Assembly: GCA_977018835.1 (NCBI GenBank) | Contig: OZ361259.1 | Span: forward strand, 3,906,001 to 3,970,000 | Length of the DNA: 64,000 nucleotides | Direction: 5' to 3' | From: Minutocellus sp. GHC0000111 | Lineage: Eukaryota | Shown: piece by piece, positions 48,822 to 60,623 of the stretch | Layout of the letters: each line of letters begins with the position of its first letter | How positions within the stretch are numbered: position 1 is the first letter of the stretch | Program-made: the position numbers and the translations under genes | The notes under the pieces: generated by a model | Databases searched by the model: none | Told to the model about the DNA's origin: nothing | The model's input: only the letters and a program-made list of their open reading frames with translations

Positions 48822-51758
48822 ATGTTAATGCAAATGGCTGTTGCTACTGCTGCCACCGCAGCTGATGCGCCAGCATGTCGCCGCTCCCGTCGGTCCGGCA
48901 GCTCCATCCCATGCTTTGATTATTTTGTCCATCGGAGCGGCACCATCGATGCCTCTGCGATTCGTGGCAAGTCTCCTGGGATGATCCAGACCATAGCGAA
49001 CCGGGCATGGGCGGGCCTCTCACTTCAGAAACAGCAGGACATTGTGGAGCAAGCCCGAGAGGAGGAGCTGTGCTGTCCGAGCCAGACCGGTCCTGATCCG
49101 GCACAAGATGTGCCGATTTCTCAAATTCAAATTGCTCGGCGCAATTCGTCATCCAACAACGCCGATGCCAGCCCTGAGCCGACGGTCGAGAGGACAATGC
49201 TGGTATCGCTGCTCGTCCTGGTGATGATAATGTCGAAGCTGGGGGCATCGCCGAGTCCATGGCTAACAGTGAAGAATCTGGCAATCCTGCCAGTGTCGGT
49301 GTTTCTGCTACCGGCACCGCCAATTCTGGTGGATCGACCGAGGAGAATTTGGATGTGCTGCTGGTTGAGGCCGAAGCGCAATGCAAAGCTGCAGAGGAGG
49401 CTTTGAAAGGGCTAAGGGACACCTTGAAACGAGAAAAGCGGAAGGATGAAAAGGCCATGGTCGATGCCGAGAAGAAAAGGAACAAAATGAAGGAGGCGAT
49501 GCGTCATTTGGAGCAGAGGGCACAAATGCGTGAACATCTTCGGTCGCACAGGATGCCGACGGATGCACCACCCGAACGCAAGAAAGCAATGAGAATGGAA
49601 GACAGCATGCGACCTGCCATCAGTGCTGGGGAATATGTCCTTGTGTCTGCCGACTTCAGTCCCAACATGAATCGGCCTGAGGGTAAGGGATGGATTTGTT
49701 ATGGTCAGTCGAGGTGTCGGTGGAGGTGCTCTTTGCGATGTCCAGCATGAGAAGCCTTTTGGTGGCATGATGCATAAGAATGTGCCTCTCAAGGCCATCA
49801 CCCCGATCCCACTCGGCCTCAATACCGATTCAATTTCCAAGGACAGGCGCAAACGGACAGTAGCTGCTCAGGCGGGGATGGATAGTGTTGACAGCGCCGG
49901 TGCCAATAAGCGCAAAGAGCGATGGCAGTCCGATGGAGACTCTTGTCGGAAAGCTTTTGCATGGCATGCGATGCAGGAAGAAGGATGGATATCTTCGAAA
50001 GGAGGCGAATCGAGCAACCAAAGGCAAGAAGGGATTGAACGACGAGGACAAGAGCATGCATTTTGCCCAGGGATTGCTTCTGGAAGTGCATTTGAAGAGC
50101 ACCGGAGGGACGCAGCACTCAAGTAGGAACAGTTCATCGCAGAAGTTTCAGTCGGATGGGAGGGTCACTATTCGTGAGCTCTGCAGAGCGTGGGGGAAGG
50201 GTAAGAATGGGCTGCGAGACATCCAGAACGAGTCTCGGAAGAATGCCATTGCCCGGGGCATACCAGCAGATCAGGCCGAGCTTGCATTTGTCACCCCCGC
50301 TCCCAAGGATTCGTCGGTTCGGCCAAAGTCTACCATTGACAATTACAAGACGGCTGAGCAGCACTTTACTGCTAAGCGCCTGTATGCAATCAATAAGTGC
50401 AGAGAGGCAAAGGAAGACAGCTATGATTCTGTATCGAAGGAGGCTGACAATGAGTTGATCAAAACGTACCTGACCGAGTGCGACACCATCAGCGACGATG
50501 ACAAGCAGCTGTGGGAGCTGAAGAGGCGGGAGCACTTGGCAAGGCAGCCGTACCTAGGTACATACAGAACGACATTGTTGCGGCCCTTTCCAGCAATCCT
50601 CAGCGATCGTTCCGTGGTTTGGAGCAGGCCATTGGTCTGTGGTGCTCGCACAAGACGATTGAGCGGTGGCTCAAGTCATTCGACACCTTCACTTTCTACA
50701 AGGAGCGGCTGGTACCGCGCCTGTCGGAGGCTCAAAAAGCTAAGCATCTGGCCTTTGCTCAGCTCGTGCGGAATTTCTGGAACATTCGGGATGAGAACGG
50801 CAATTTACCGAATGGAAAGAAGCGAGTTCTCCTCGTGCATTACGATGAGAAATGGTTCTGGGGTCTCGTCCTCCGAGCTTTTGCGAAGGCTTGCGAGGAA
50901 ATCGGCGTGAAAAAGCGAGATTACGCGGCCTTTCACAGGAGCCACATCAACAAGGTCATGGCCATTGCATTTGTTGCCGCTGTCTTTGACGGTTCTCTTG
51001 AGAGTGGGTGCGAGGTTGTAAAACTGCCACTGGTGGTACGAGCTCAAGCTCCTAAAATAGATGAGCGAGCTCAGTACGAAGCAGTATCACAGCCTGATGG
51101 TTCAATACGGTACCCAAATACCAACCCCGATGGGACACCAAAGGAACCTCTTCGCCGGAAAGGAGAGTCGTTTCTTGTTGATTGTTGCGTTACTGGATCG
51201 AACGAAGGCACCAAAAAGGATCCGAAATGCTCTTTGCTCCTCGTATTCAAGGAGACTATTTTCCCAGCGATTCTCAACCTTGTCGGTCCGGGCAAGCAAT
51301 ACGAAGATTGCCATGTTATTATCCAGGGCGACCAGGCCGGGCCTCACGAGGACGGAACCTTCACGCAATTTGTTACTAACTTCTGTGCTGAGCAAGGCTG
51401 GACGTGGCAGCCACAGGCACCGCAGATGCCTCACGCCAACGTCCGTGACTTGAGCGTGTTCCCCGCGATGAGCCGGCGGCACTCGGAATGGGCACGAAAA
51501 ATGGTAGGCACCTCCGTCATTTCCACCGACCAGATCTGGGACACTGCCGAGGACGTTTACGATAGCATGCCTAACTGCAAAATTGCTTAGGCCTTCATTC
51601 AGTACTGGAGGATAATGGGCCTGGTGATTAAGGCCGGTGGTAGCAATGAGTTTGTTGGAAGGTTGGGTGACGAAAACTTGCACACTGGAATTAGGATCGA
51701 CTTCAACGAAACGGCCAAGGGGATGGAGCCCTCAGCTCGTCATCCTTCTAAAAAATAG
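48822..51758 (+). pseudogene. Mariner-type DD38D transposase with a very long N-terminal extension; about 4 frameshifts and one stop
   Basis: VHYDEKWFW, IIQGDQAGPH, QAPQMPHANVRDLSVFPAM and IKAGGSN resemble plant/oomycete DD39D mariners. Overlapping ORF pieces join at ~49186, ~49695, ~49920 and ~50555; TAG at 51588-51590. Confidence 0.85.
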
Positions 51759-51853
51759 ATAGTATTAATATCTTTACACATGTATTAAATAAATGTTACA
51801 CGTCTACAAATTATTTATAGATCTACATGTAAGATGCAGCAGCATTGGTTTGT

Positions 51854-52794
51854 TTATATCACGGTGGGCTTCTTTGTTCTTCTATTTCTACCGGTATTCT
51901 TTTTTGCCTCCTTGGCCTTCTTATGATCATTAGAAAGCCACACAGCGTGGAGGGACTGACGAATCTTTCCGCGCTTCACACCATATGCATCGGCAAGTTT
52001 ATTGTCAGTGAGGGCAGGGTGAGCAGTTGGTTGTTTACTCCCATCCTCATATCCCAACTTATATGCATCTAATTGAAGGGGAGGTAGACCCCTTTCTCTT
52101 TTCTTCTTGGTTCGGGCCTCTGACTACATGTGGGTGACTTGTAGTTCTTTATATCTTGTGGTAGTGGTGCTTCTCCGTACGTCAAAAAGCACGCAAGCCT
52201 CCGATGTTCCTCAACCTCTCGTTCAATCTGTCGTTCGGTTGGTTCGGTTGGAGGCAAGGGCTCCAAGATGGTAGGGGATGACAATTGAAGGTTGCTGAAC
52301 GACGGGCATGAGCGGCTTGGGGTAAGAGCATACTGAGTATGAACTGACATTGGACTTGTTACCATGGGCGTGGCGGAGGGAAGGTCGAATGAGCTCACGG
52401 GCTTTCTCCTCTCGCCGCTTGGCTTTGCGTCGGCGGTTGCTATGCTCATCTCTGAGAATGAGATGAAACGGTAGTGGTGCCGCGAAAGTCGGCACGCAAT
52501 ATGTCATGATGCAAGTACTTCCTTGCTTGGGCTTGTTCGGCGGCGAAGCCATCCTCTTCGTTGTACTCGCGTCGATATTTCAACACACGAGGAGATGTGA
52601 GGTCTGACGATGCCGGTGGGACCCCTTGGTTGTCCTCCTCGTCATCGTTGTCCTTGTTCTCTCGATACTGCGGATGTTCCGGCGTTTCGTTGGTTGGAAG
52701 TTTCCTTCTCATGGCGCGAGGGGCTGAATGCAGTCGCCTCGGCGCGTTTCGGTGGACGCGGTGGACTGAAGATGTGTCCCTTTGGAGTATCCAT
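51854..52794 (-). pseudogene. Second, convergent ORF inside the mariner; fragmented, with a possible C-terminal HTH
   Basis: A chain of minus-strand ORF fragments (52642-52794, 52446-52712, 52069-52449, 51854-52057) ends in LTDNKLADAYGVKRGKIRQSL and a basic tail. Confidence 0.45.
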
Positions 52795-53255
52795 GAGTAT
52801 GGAAGCTTCTTGAAGCGCCAGTCGGCAGAAGTTGCCCAGTCTATTTGTGGTAATTGCTTGGAGGTCGGTTGTTGACGGATGTGTTTTGATTTGCTTGCTT
52901 TGCCGCGTGTTTTTCAAGGTGCGCGCAAACCACCGTGTCGGAAAGTCCAAAGACCCAAAAAACCGGGTCCCCGAAATTGCTGTCCCGGACCTCGTAGCCA
53001 CCACAGCCCACTTCATAGTACCGCGCCCAGCAGGACATTCCAGGACACCCGTCCACTAGCTAGTATTGCTGGATCGCATCCCTCCTTGAATTGCTGAGCC
53101 GATTTTGCTCTCTTCGACAAAGCACCTCTCGGTTCGTTCGTTCACGGGTTCGACACTAAATATCTCCGAAACGGATATTCGATCTTGAACTTCCTTGCTT
53201 GGTGTGAGACATATCCGCACCATTGGCAGTAACATCCTTTTGGCACAAAATAACA

Positions 53256-55454
53256 ATGAAGAGACTTATCCGCAGCCTCGCTCTGGCGGGCATCGTCTCG
53301 ACGGCGGCGGTATCCGGCTTCCCCTCCCGGATCCGAACCCGTTCGCTGCAGGGGGACGATCTTCTTCCCGACGCGGCGGCCCTGTTCCAGCCCTCGACCG
53401 AGGGGGAATTCGATCACATGATCACCCTCAGCTGTTCCGACGACGTCCCCGCCGAACCTCGCCTCACCTTCCACTGGAACGACCCCGTGGGCAACACCTT
53501 CCTCGGCCGCTTGGTCCATCGCGCTCCGAAGGCCGACGTCGACGCCGGATGGCTCGGATTCGCTGTGTACGACACCCCCTTCAAGGGCGTGCCGTCCGGC
53601 ACCGACAACCTCATGGTCGGGTCGCAGGCCATCATCGGCCAGGTTGGGGCCGATCAGGTGGCCAAGTACGTCCTGGCCGGGAAGCGGGAGGGACCCGGCG
53701 GAGTCGAGCGGATGGAGGAGTCGTTCCAGAGCCTCGTGCCGACGGGGACCAGCATCCGGCAGTTCACCGGCGGCGATGGTCATGTGACGACCATCCTCAC
53801 CTTTGAGAAGCTCCTGATGGAGAACGATTCGGCCGAAATCATGATCGAGACCAAGGGCAAGAATACGTTCCTGTTCGCCGCCGGCCCACCCGCCGAACCG
53901 GGCAAGGGACTGGGCTTCCACGTCCTTCGGGGTGGATTCACCTTGGACTTTCAGGATGTGATGGATAAGGTTGCGGCCAAGGCCGGAGGTGGCGGTGGTA
54001 CCGCTTCGACTGCTACCACTGATGCCACAGGCACTGACACAACTACAACCACCACCACCACTGTCAGCGAGCCGGCCGCGGCTCCCGTCCCGGAAACCAC
54101 CACTCCGGCCGTCGCACCCGAGGCTCCCAAGGACGTGCCGGCAGCTGGCGACACTGCTACGACCACCACAACAACTACCACATCTACCACATCCAATGGT
54201 GCTCCTCCCGCCACCCTTCCCGAGGCCTGCAAGCCCGAGGATCCTGCCTATCTGCACACCGAACAGCTGACGGATGGTCTCAAGATGCACTACAAGCTCA
54301 ACAACCTGTACTCCGACACGGCCCAGCCCTCCGTCTCCATCAAGCTCGAGCATACCGGTCTGTCCTGGCTCGGGTTTGGATTTTCCACTGATGGCAAGAT
54401 GATCGATTCCGAAGCCGTCATCGGCCGACCCGATCTGGCAGCAGCCGACGAGGAGAAGCCCCTCAAGTACAACCTCAAGGGCAAGGGTACCACCGCCGTC
54501 ACTCCCATGGTCGAGGCTCGGCAGACTCTGACCGACGCCCTCATCACCCAGGACGGTACCAACACGGTCATGACCTTCACCAAGCTCCTCACCGAGGACG
54601 GGGAGCACACCATCGACCCTATGGCCCCCATGAACTTCATCTACGCCATCGGCGACGGCAACACCCTGGCCTACCACGCCAAGAAGGGCTCCTTCAAGTT
54701 CAACCTGTCCACCTGCGACAGCGGCGCCGCCGCGTCCAAGGCCGGTGGTACCGGGCAGAACTCCAACCGCACCATGTGGGCCGCTCACGGACTCCTGGCC
54801 ACGCTGGCCCTTGCGTTGGCCACCCCGCTCGCGGTGACGACGGCTTGGTTCCGCACCCTCGTTCCCAGTTCGTGGATTTACATCCACGTCTTTGCCAATG
54901 TGTCGTCGTTCTTCATGATTGTGCTGAGCTTCATCTTTGCGGTCACGGCCATGTCGATGAGCAACAGTCCCAAGCACTTTTCGGATCCGCATCACATCGT
55001 TGGGTTGGCCATTCTCATGATGGTGACGTTCCAGGTGATGAATGGCTTCCTCCGTCCGCCGGTGGAGAAGAAGGACCCGTATGCCATGGAGACGAAGATT
55101 GCGGGCATCATCACTCTCCCCGGGACGGCACGTGAATTGTGGAAGATCTTGCACAAATGCGCCGGCGTTGTTGTGCTGGCCGTCGGCTTTTGGCAGCTCA
55201 AGGCTGGCATGGACCTGTATGCGGCCGATTTCCAGGTTGGAACGTGGAAGCCGTACTTTTGTGCCTACCTTGCCATATTCGGTACTGTCATCGTCCTCCT
55301 CAAGTTGTGGATGGTATGGGAAGAGAAGAAGGCACGGACGGGCGTGGAGCAGATGAATCCCGACCAGCGAAGAATGGGAAGCGCCGCAGTTGCTAATGGT
55401 ATCGACCCGGATTCTGAGCTCGTCCCCGTCCAATTTGACATTGGGATGCAATAA
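53256..55454 (+). CDS. Two DOMON domains + cytochrome b561 (ferric-chelate reductase-like CYBDOM)
   Basis: Signal peptide; GWLGFAV...MVGSQAIIG...H and SWLGFGFS...MIDSEAVIG...YH; b561 histidines in WAAHG, WIYIHV, DPHHIVG and WKILHK; Thr/Ala-rich linker. Confidence 0.9.
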   Translation: MKRLIRSLALAGIVSTAAVSGFPSRIRTRSLQGDDLLPDAAALFQPSTEGEFDHMITLSCSDDVPAEPRLTFHWNDPVGNTFLGRLVHRAPKADVDAGWLGFAVYDTPFKGVPSGTDNLMVGSQAIIGQVGADQVAKYVLAGKREGPGGVERMEESFQSLVPTGTSIRQFTGGDGHVTTILTFEKLLMENDSAEIMIETKGKNTFLFAAGPPAEPGKGLGFHVLRGGFTLDFQDVMDKVAAKAGGGGGTASTATTDATGTDTTTTTTTTVSEPAAAPVPETTTPAVAPEAPKDVPAAGDTATTTTTTTTSTTSNGAPPATLPEACKPEDPAYLHTEQLTDGLKMHYKLNNLYSDTAQPSVSIKLEHTGLSWLGFGFSTDGKMIDSEAVIGRPDLAAADEEKPLKYNLKGKGTTAVTPMVEARQTLTDALITQDGTNTVMTFTKLLTEDGEHTIDPMAPMNFIYAIGDGNTLAYHAKKGSFKFNLSTCDSGAAASKAGGTGQNSNRTMWAAHGLLATLALALATPLAVTTAWFRTLVPSSWIYIHVFANVSSFFMIVLSFIFAVTAMSMSNSPKHFSDPHHIVGLAILMMVTFQVMNGFLRPPVEKKDPYAMETKIAGIITLPGTARELWKILHKCAGVVVLAVGFWQLKAGMDLYAADFQVGTWKPYFCAYLAIFGTVIVLLKLWMVWEEKKARTGVEQMNPDQRRMGSAAVANGIDPDSELVPVQFDIGMQ

Positions 55455-55799
55455 GGATTATCGTCGCTTGCGAATATCAGTATGATATCAGTGTGAAATG
55501 CCTTGAAGAATTTCTTATGACTTGCCGTCTGTCAACCAGGGATTGGACAGTACTGCTACTTTAGAGAGATTGGCTCTAGTTTGCTTTTAAAAGCCTATTT
55601 AGTTTTATCGTTGTCTTACTACTCGTATGGATGTGTGTTATGCAATTGCAAAATTGGGATTTCTACTGTCGCAGTCATTATCAGCTACGTACATGTAGCT
55701 TTGTCCATAGCACTGCGGTTTCGCTTCATGCCTTTTTCCGCCTCTCTCCTTACTGGAGTATGAGTCTTCACAACTCAATATCTAAACCATGCAGCAAAC

Positions 55800-56390
55800 C
55801 TACACGGCACTCTTCCCCATCTTCAATCTGCTAATAACATCATCCACACCAGTGCACCAAATCGTTCCATTCCTATACTTGCCATGCCTGAAGATATAAT
55901 CCATTTGTGATGCCGGTGCCAACACATGAAGATGCAAGTGGTCCACCGAGTTGAAGGGTGCTATGTGAAAGCGCAATATGTAATCTTCCTCGCTATATGC
56001 TTCGGGTTGCTCTTTTTTTATAACGTCCAATGCCATCTCTGTGATTGTATTCAAATCATCCAGCATAAGGTTGCGCACACCCCGGATGTGCCGCTTGGGA
56101 ATGACCAACCCGTGTAGTGGTGCTCTCGGCGACCGATCCCGAAAGGTTAGGAGCGTTTCTGATTCGGCATAGGCCGATGCCGGTAATTCTCCGCGCAATA
56201 TATCACCAAATACCGAAGTGTTGTCCTCATAGGTTCGTGGTACTCCCGGAGGTGGGACGCGATACGTCGCCGTCGGCTCGGGATGAGGGAGGCATGAGAA
56301 CTGATTCTCCGGCGGACACGAGGGGAGTGAAACAGCACCGAGGAACGAAGCCAGAAGGCCACGCACCGCTGATAGTCTATCGATGATCAT
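55800..56390 (-). CDS. HIT-family nucleotide hydrolase (HINT3-like)
   Basis: VFGDILRGE, FRDRSPRAPLHGLVIPKRHI and FHIAPFNSVDHLHLHVL. Start is uncertain. Confidence 0.88.
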   Translation of the reverse strand: MIIDRLSAVRGLLASFLGAVSLPSCPPENQFSCLPHPEPTATYRVPPPGVPRTYEDNTSVFGDILRGELPASAYAESETLLTFRDRSPRAPLHGLVIPKRHIRGVRNLMLDDLNTITEMALDVIKKEQPEAYSEEDYILRFHIAPFNSVDHLHLHVLAPASQMDYIFRHGKYRNGTIWCTGVDDVISRLKMGKSAV

Positions 56391-56651
56391 GGTGGAATAT
56401 GCGATAATGATCTTCAATGCCGGCCAGCGTTCCTCGCTCAGCATGCCATGCATGCTGACCTCGCTCTCAGCTGGCCGGCTGGCCGGCTCCTCCCTTCGGC
56501 GAAGTTGATGACGAACATGACCGACCGCCGGCACGGGGGGCGGAAAAGGATCAAACCCAAACTCAAGCGAAAAATAGGCTACACGTGGTTGTCCTATAGA
56601 TCTAGAAATCCCTCTCGCTATTGATTAAGTTTTTGTACTGATACTTGCTAT

Positions 56652-59203
56652 TCACTCCCATTCACCAGCCTTGGCACTCCACTCGGCTGCCGTCTTCATT
56701 TTTCCGGCCGTCATTGCCTCATCGGCAGCTTCTTGATACAGACTTGCAGCGGCTTCCGTGTCACCAAGCTTGACTTTAAGTTCGGCAAGCTTGGCCTTCA
56801 GTGCATATGCCTCGTAGAGACATATTTCATCGTCATTCGTCGTTCCTAGGGCCTCCGCATCTGTGAGAGGTCCTCCGACTGGTGGCGGGGCAACTTCAGT
56901 GCTGGCGGTCGTACCGCTCAGGACGCGAACATTGTCTTCCGTCAAAGTTTCAGACGATCCGTCATCATCATATTGAACAGTGATGCTCTTGCCATCATCC
57001 GAAACAGCCGTAACAATGCCAGAATAAAAGGTACCTTCAAGGCAGTAATTGGCTTCTACCTTGTCCCCAACATGAATCCCACCGCCTCGGGCATCAACAG
57101 CACGCTTGGCGGCCCTCTCTTCTTCTTCGAGCACAGCCTTGGCCATGAAATCAATTGTGTCTTGAACGACGTTTGCCAGCGCCAGATCGCCGGCCTCTCC
57201 CTCATCCTCCAGTATCTGCAGCAAGAGGCACCCAGCTGCAGCCTTGGGAGCAGATGAGGACAGTTGACTCTCCATCGCGCGTCCAAGCAAGTCCTTGGCA
57301 GATTCAAAATCAACGGGAACGGCCGTCTTGAGGAGGTCGCTCACCGACGAATCCAGTCCACTTCGGATACGAGCAAGGGCCAAGCACGCCGGTACATCAC
57401 GGAGGCTTGCGGCATGGCAAAGGTGGAACACCACCGAGTACACATCGTGCTGCGGCTTTTCACCACCATCGGGATCATCGGGTACAACCTCAGGGAAGCG
57501 GCCAATGCCGTGAAGACATGCAAGGTGGTAATGGACCCTACCAAGGTTATGCTTGCATTTCTCATTCGGAATCATTGCCTGAACGGTATGCGCCATCGTG
57601 GTCATTCGTCGCTGAGGACGCTTATCACCGTCAGAGGAATCCTCGGAGTGAGTACTTCTCTCCCGGAGAGCACCACTGGCAAGGCGGTGGAAGGCCCTGT
57701 GATCATAAACGGGATCCACCATTGCAACATCAAAACTACTGGCGATCTCGACGACATCAGACTTGTCCCGCTTCCAAGTGGGTTTATGAACCTTTCCTGC
57801 CGTGGACGACACAACCTTCATGCTCTTCCGGATTGCGGCCGATACCGATTGCTGAGTGTTCACCATATTACTCCGCTTTTCAGTAGCGTCATCAGCGGCC
57901 TCACCAGCCTTGCGCATGGCCTCCATCGGCGTATGCAAGGCCGATTGACGAGCTTTCCTGTTCATATCAAGAGCTGCGAAACGGCACAACGCCTTCTCAA
58001 CGGCATCGCTGTTGAAGCTGGCATCACCATCGTCCAAATCCAATGACGCAACAGCACTGGCGACAGCATTCGACACGGCCTCTGACACGGTGTCTTCGTC
58101 GTCATTATACTTGGCCTGATGCTTGAGTTCATTTCGCGACAATGGAAAGATGGGAATGCCCATGCTGTCGCTAAACGAGCAGTGACGAAAACTCTTAAAG
58201 AAGAGAGCCATGCCTCTTGGACCAAGGTCGCCATCTCCAAATCGGTAGTCGTTGGAGAGCACCTGCGGATCGGTGAAAAGATCTCCCACTCCTTGGATAT
58301 CAGCGACGAGACGAGTTCCGTCCGAAGCATAAAAAGTATGTGCCGAGAACACCTGCGGCGTCACTCTGTGCAGATCAAGATCCACAAAGCCAGAGTTTGT
58401 ATTGTGCTTCACGAAACTGGCCCCATACATATCCTTGCCAGCGATGAACCTCTCAATAGCAAACCATGGCTGACCTTCTCGGTCTGGCATCTCCATCGCC
58501 CATGCTCGAATGAAGTTAATCTTCTTGGGAGGATCGGAAGCATTGAACTTTTGCGACCAGTGGTTGGCCTCGAATTGAAGCTTGATGTCATTCCGCACCG
58601 CTTCCTTGGCAGCCTCGCTGGTATCAATCTCCCCAGTCTCCTCGCAAATGTATGCCTTTGCGCAGTAGTTGCTGGCTCGGGACCACCCGTACTTATAGAA
58701 GCGGCTGCAGATGAATAAGTGAACATAACATCAAGGAACAGAAGATGAGAAGAAAATAGTGTGAGCAAATGTCGATCGACTTATTACATAATTGCGACTA
58801 AACGAACAGTGACACACACTTACTGATAACTGGAGCTCTTGGGCGGGGTGGCGAGCTTCTTCATGCGAAACACCGACCGCATCGCACCGCAAGTGAATGG
58901 TTCCTTCTCAATCTTGACGATGGTCACCTCCTCGGACCAGCGATCCGCAACAGGATCGTACTCATGACGGATGATCCGCTCGGCCGGAATAGCCGGGATG
59001 TTGTACTTGGCCCACACGTCCTCCTCGGCCACAAGCTTGGCGGCCGTTCGTCGTACCTTGGCAACAAACTGAGCCTTGCGCTCGTCGTATGTGCGCGCAA
59101 TCATGGATTCGGTCGGGTCGTCTCGGAACATGACCGACTTCGTGATCTGAGGAGTGGGCTTGGCGGTATCATCGTCGGCGAATGTTTCGTCCATGGTTCT
59201 CAT
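56652..59203 (-). CDS. Alpha-kinase, eEF2 kinase-like, with SEL1-like helices and a Tudor-like domain; exons 59203-58824 and 58704-56652
   Basis: EPFTCGAMRSVFRMKK, ERFIAG, KHNTNSGFV, TPQVFSAHTF, VADIQGVGDLFTDPQ and GDLGPRGMALFF..HC. Intron 58705-58823 is in frame. Tudor-like VGDKVEANY...FYSGIV..V...VQYDDDGSSETL. Confidence 0.9.
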
Positions 59204-59410
59204 GCTCGGTATTGATGGTGGGTGGAGCTGAAAAGTGGGCGGCGTTTACTACGCCGTTGCTGTGTGATGCTCACTGCTACGCCGCGCCGGTATCGCCGTC
59301 GCCATTGAGCGAAGTCAGATAGATGAGCTGACCTGCTCGGCGAAGTCGGCGAAGATCAGATGCCGAAAGGGTTATGAGCTGCGAGAGAGCGCAAGCATTC
59401 TGCTTGCACC

Positions 59411-59923
59411 ATGGGCCGGCAACGAGTAGCAGAGAGAGACAGGCAGCGGAAGAAGAGGAAGCTCAAGCGAGAGAGGAAATGCCATTCATCTGATGATGCG
59501 ACAAATGCCGACAATAAGCATCATGGTGGAGCAGGGACGTCGTCTATTTCTGATTTCGGCACAGCTGCAGCTGATGTTGGCAGATCAGGAAAGAAAAGAC
59601 GAAGACGAATGAGGCAGCAGCATGCCGCCGCTGGTCGTAGTGCACAGGTATCAACATCCACAAATGGAACAGCATCTGTTCCAGAAGAAACAGAGGTGTC
59701 CAAATCCAATGGGAGCGCAGATCAAGCGCAGAACATAGGCGAGGGTAGCTGCAAGAGCGGCATCGATGCAGACACGCCAACAGCAAATGTAGCCACGGCA
59801 GCGTCAGAATCATTAGAAAAAGACGACGATGCCATGAGGATAGAACGAATGAGACTCAAGAAGCAACAACGAAAGGCTGCGCGTGAGGCGAAAAAGAAAA
59901 AGGTGCAAGCTGCGGCAGGCTGA
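59411..59923 (+). CDS. Small Lys/Arg-rich hypothetical protein, probably nuclear
   Basis: 170-aa ATG ORF with basic termini, divergent from the alpha-kinase. Confidence 0.55.
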   Translation: MGRQRVAERDRQRKKRKLKRERKCHSSDDATNADNKHHGGAGTSSISDFGTAAADVGRSGKKRRRRMRQQHAAAGRSAQVSTSTNGTASVPEETEVSKSNGSADQAQNIGEGSCKSGIDADTPTANVATAASESLEKDDDAMRIERMRLKKQQRKAAREAKKKKVQAAAG

Positions 59924-60623
59924 TAATGTGTGCAGGCTTGCGTTTGGCAAAAGGACCAATGTTATATTCGTACCGCTATGGCGGCTGCTTCTACTCGAAG
60001 GTGGTTCTGTTTATTCCTTCGTACTATTTTGTATGCGATTGAAGGTCTATGTTGTATCTTCAGATTACTAGGCGGCGGATGCTTGGCGTTGGGGCATAGC
60101 GTTCGGTCTGACGGCAGATTTATGTAATGCAAAACGAGCACATCACGTGCGTGTTTCTCTCCCGAGTTTTCGGCATGCCGCTGACGAAATTCTGACCAAT
60201 TTTTACCGCGACAAATTGAATGGAGAAAATCCTATGCAAAAGTTCTTGATTGTAAGGGACAATTAAGATGCCAGATGGCGTGACCGGGCTTTTGGGGATA
60301 GATCTAGATCTAGTGCTGGCTGGCGACCAATTCCAGAGCGAGGAAGGAAACAAGTGAATAATAACCTGGTCTGGAAATAAAACAAAATCTCTCCTTCAGT
60401 TTGTCCCTGGCGCGGCATTCATAGGAATTCCTAACATTAGTGATCTAATAGCGAACATAGAAGTGCTTGTTTGGGCCTGTTGCTGGCGTTGCTGATGCTG
60501 GATGCTGGCTGTGCCGGACGACGAATGATATGACGTACGTAGTACTCATCTCGTAAGTCATTTTGGCCGGTCATCACATGGTCATTCTGCGCCGCCGCGC
60601 CGCCCACCCGCCCGCCCAAAGCA

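Larger units (their letters stand above)
48242..52994 (+). mobile_element. Large Tc1/mariner DNA transposon (4753 bp), degenerate, two ORFs
   Basis: Imperfect ~47-bp TIRs CGAGGTC(GC/CG)GGACAGCARTTTCRGGGACCCGGTTTT..GGGTCTTTGG at 48242-48288 and 52947-52994, with TA on both flanks. Confidence 0.92.

Noticed and set aside
53142..55451. 769-aa antisense ORF over the DOMON-b561 gene (also 7360-8490 over tubulin and 22306-23136)
   Set aside because: These are shadow ORFs produced by strong C/G bias at third codon positions on the coding strand; they show no protein-like motifs.
44801..59203. Nutrient-signalling cluster (UVRAG and eEF2K, with NPRL3 at the window start)
   Set aside because: The genes are far apart and interspersed with unrelated genes; chance is sufficient.
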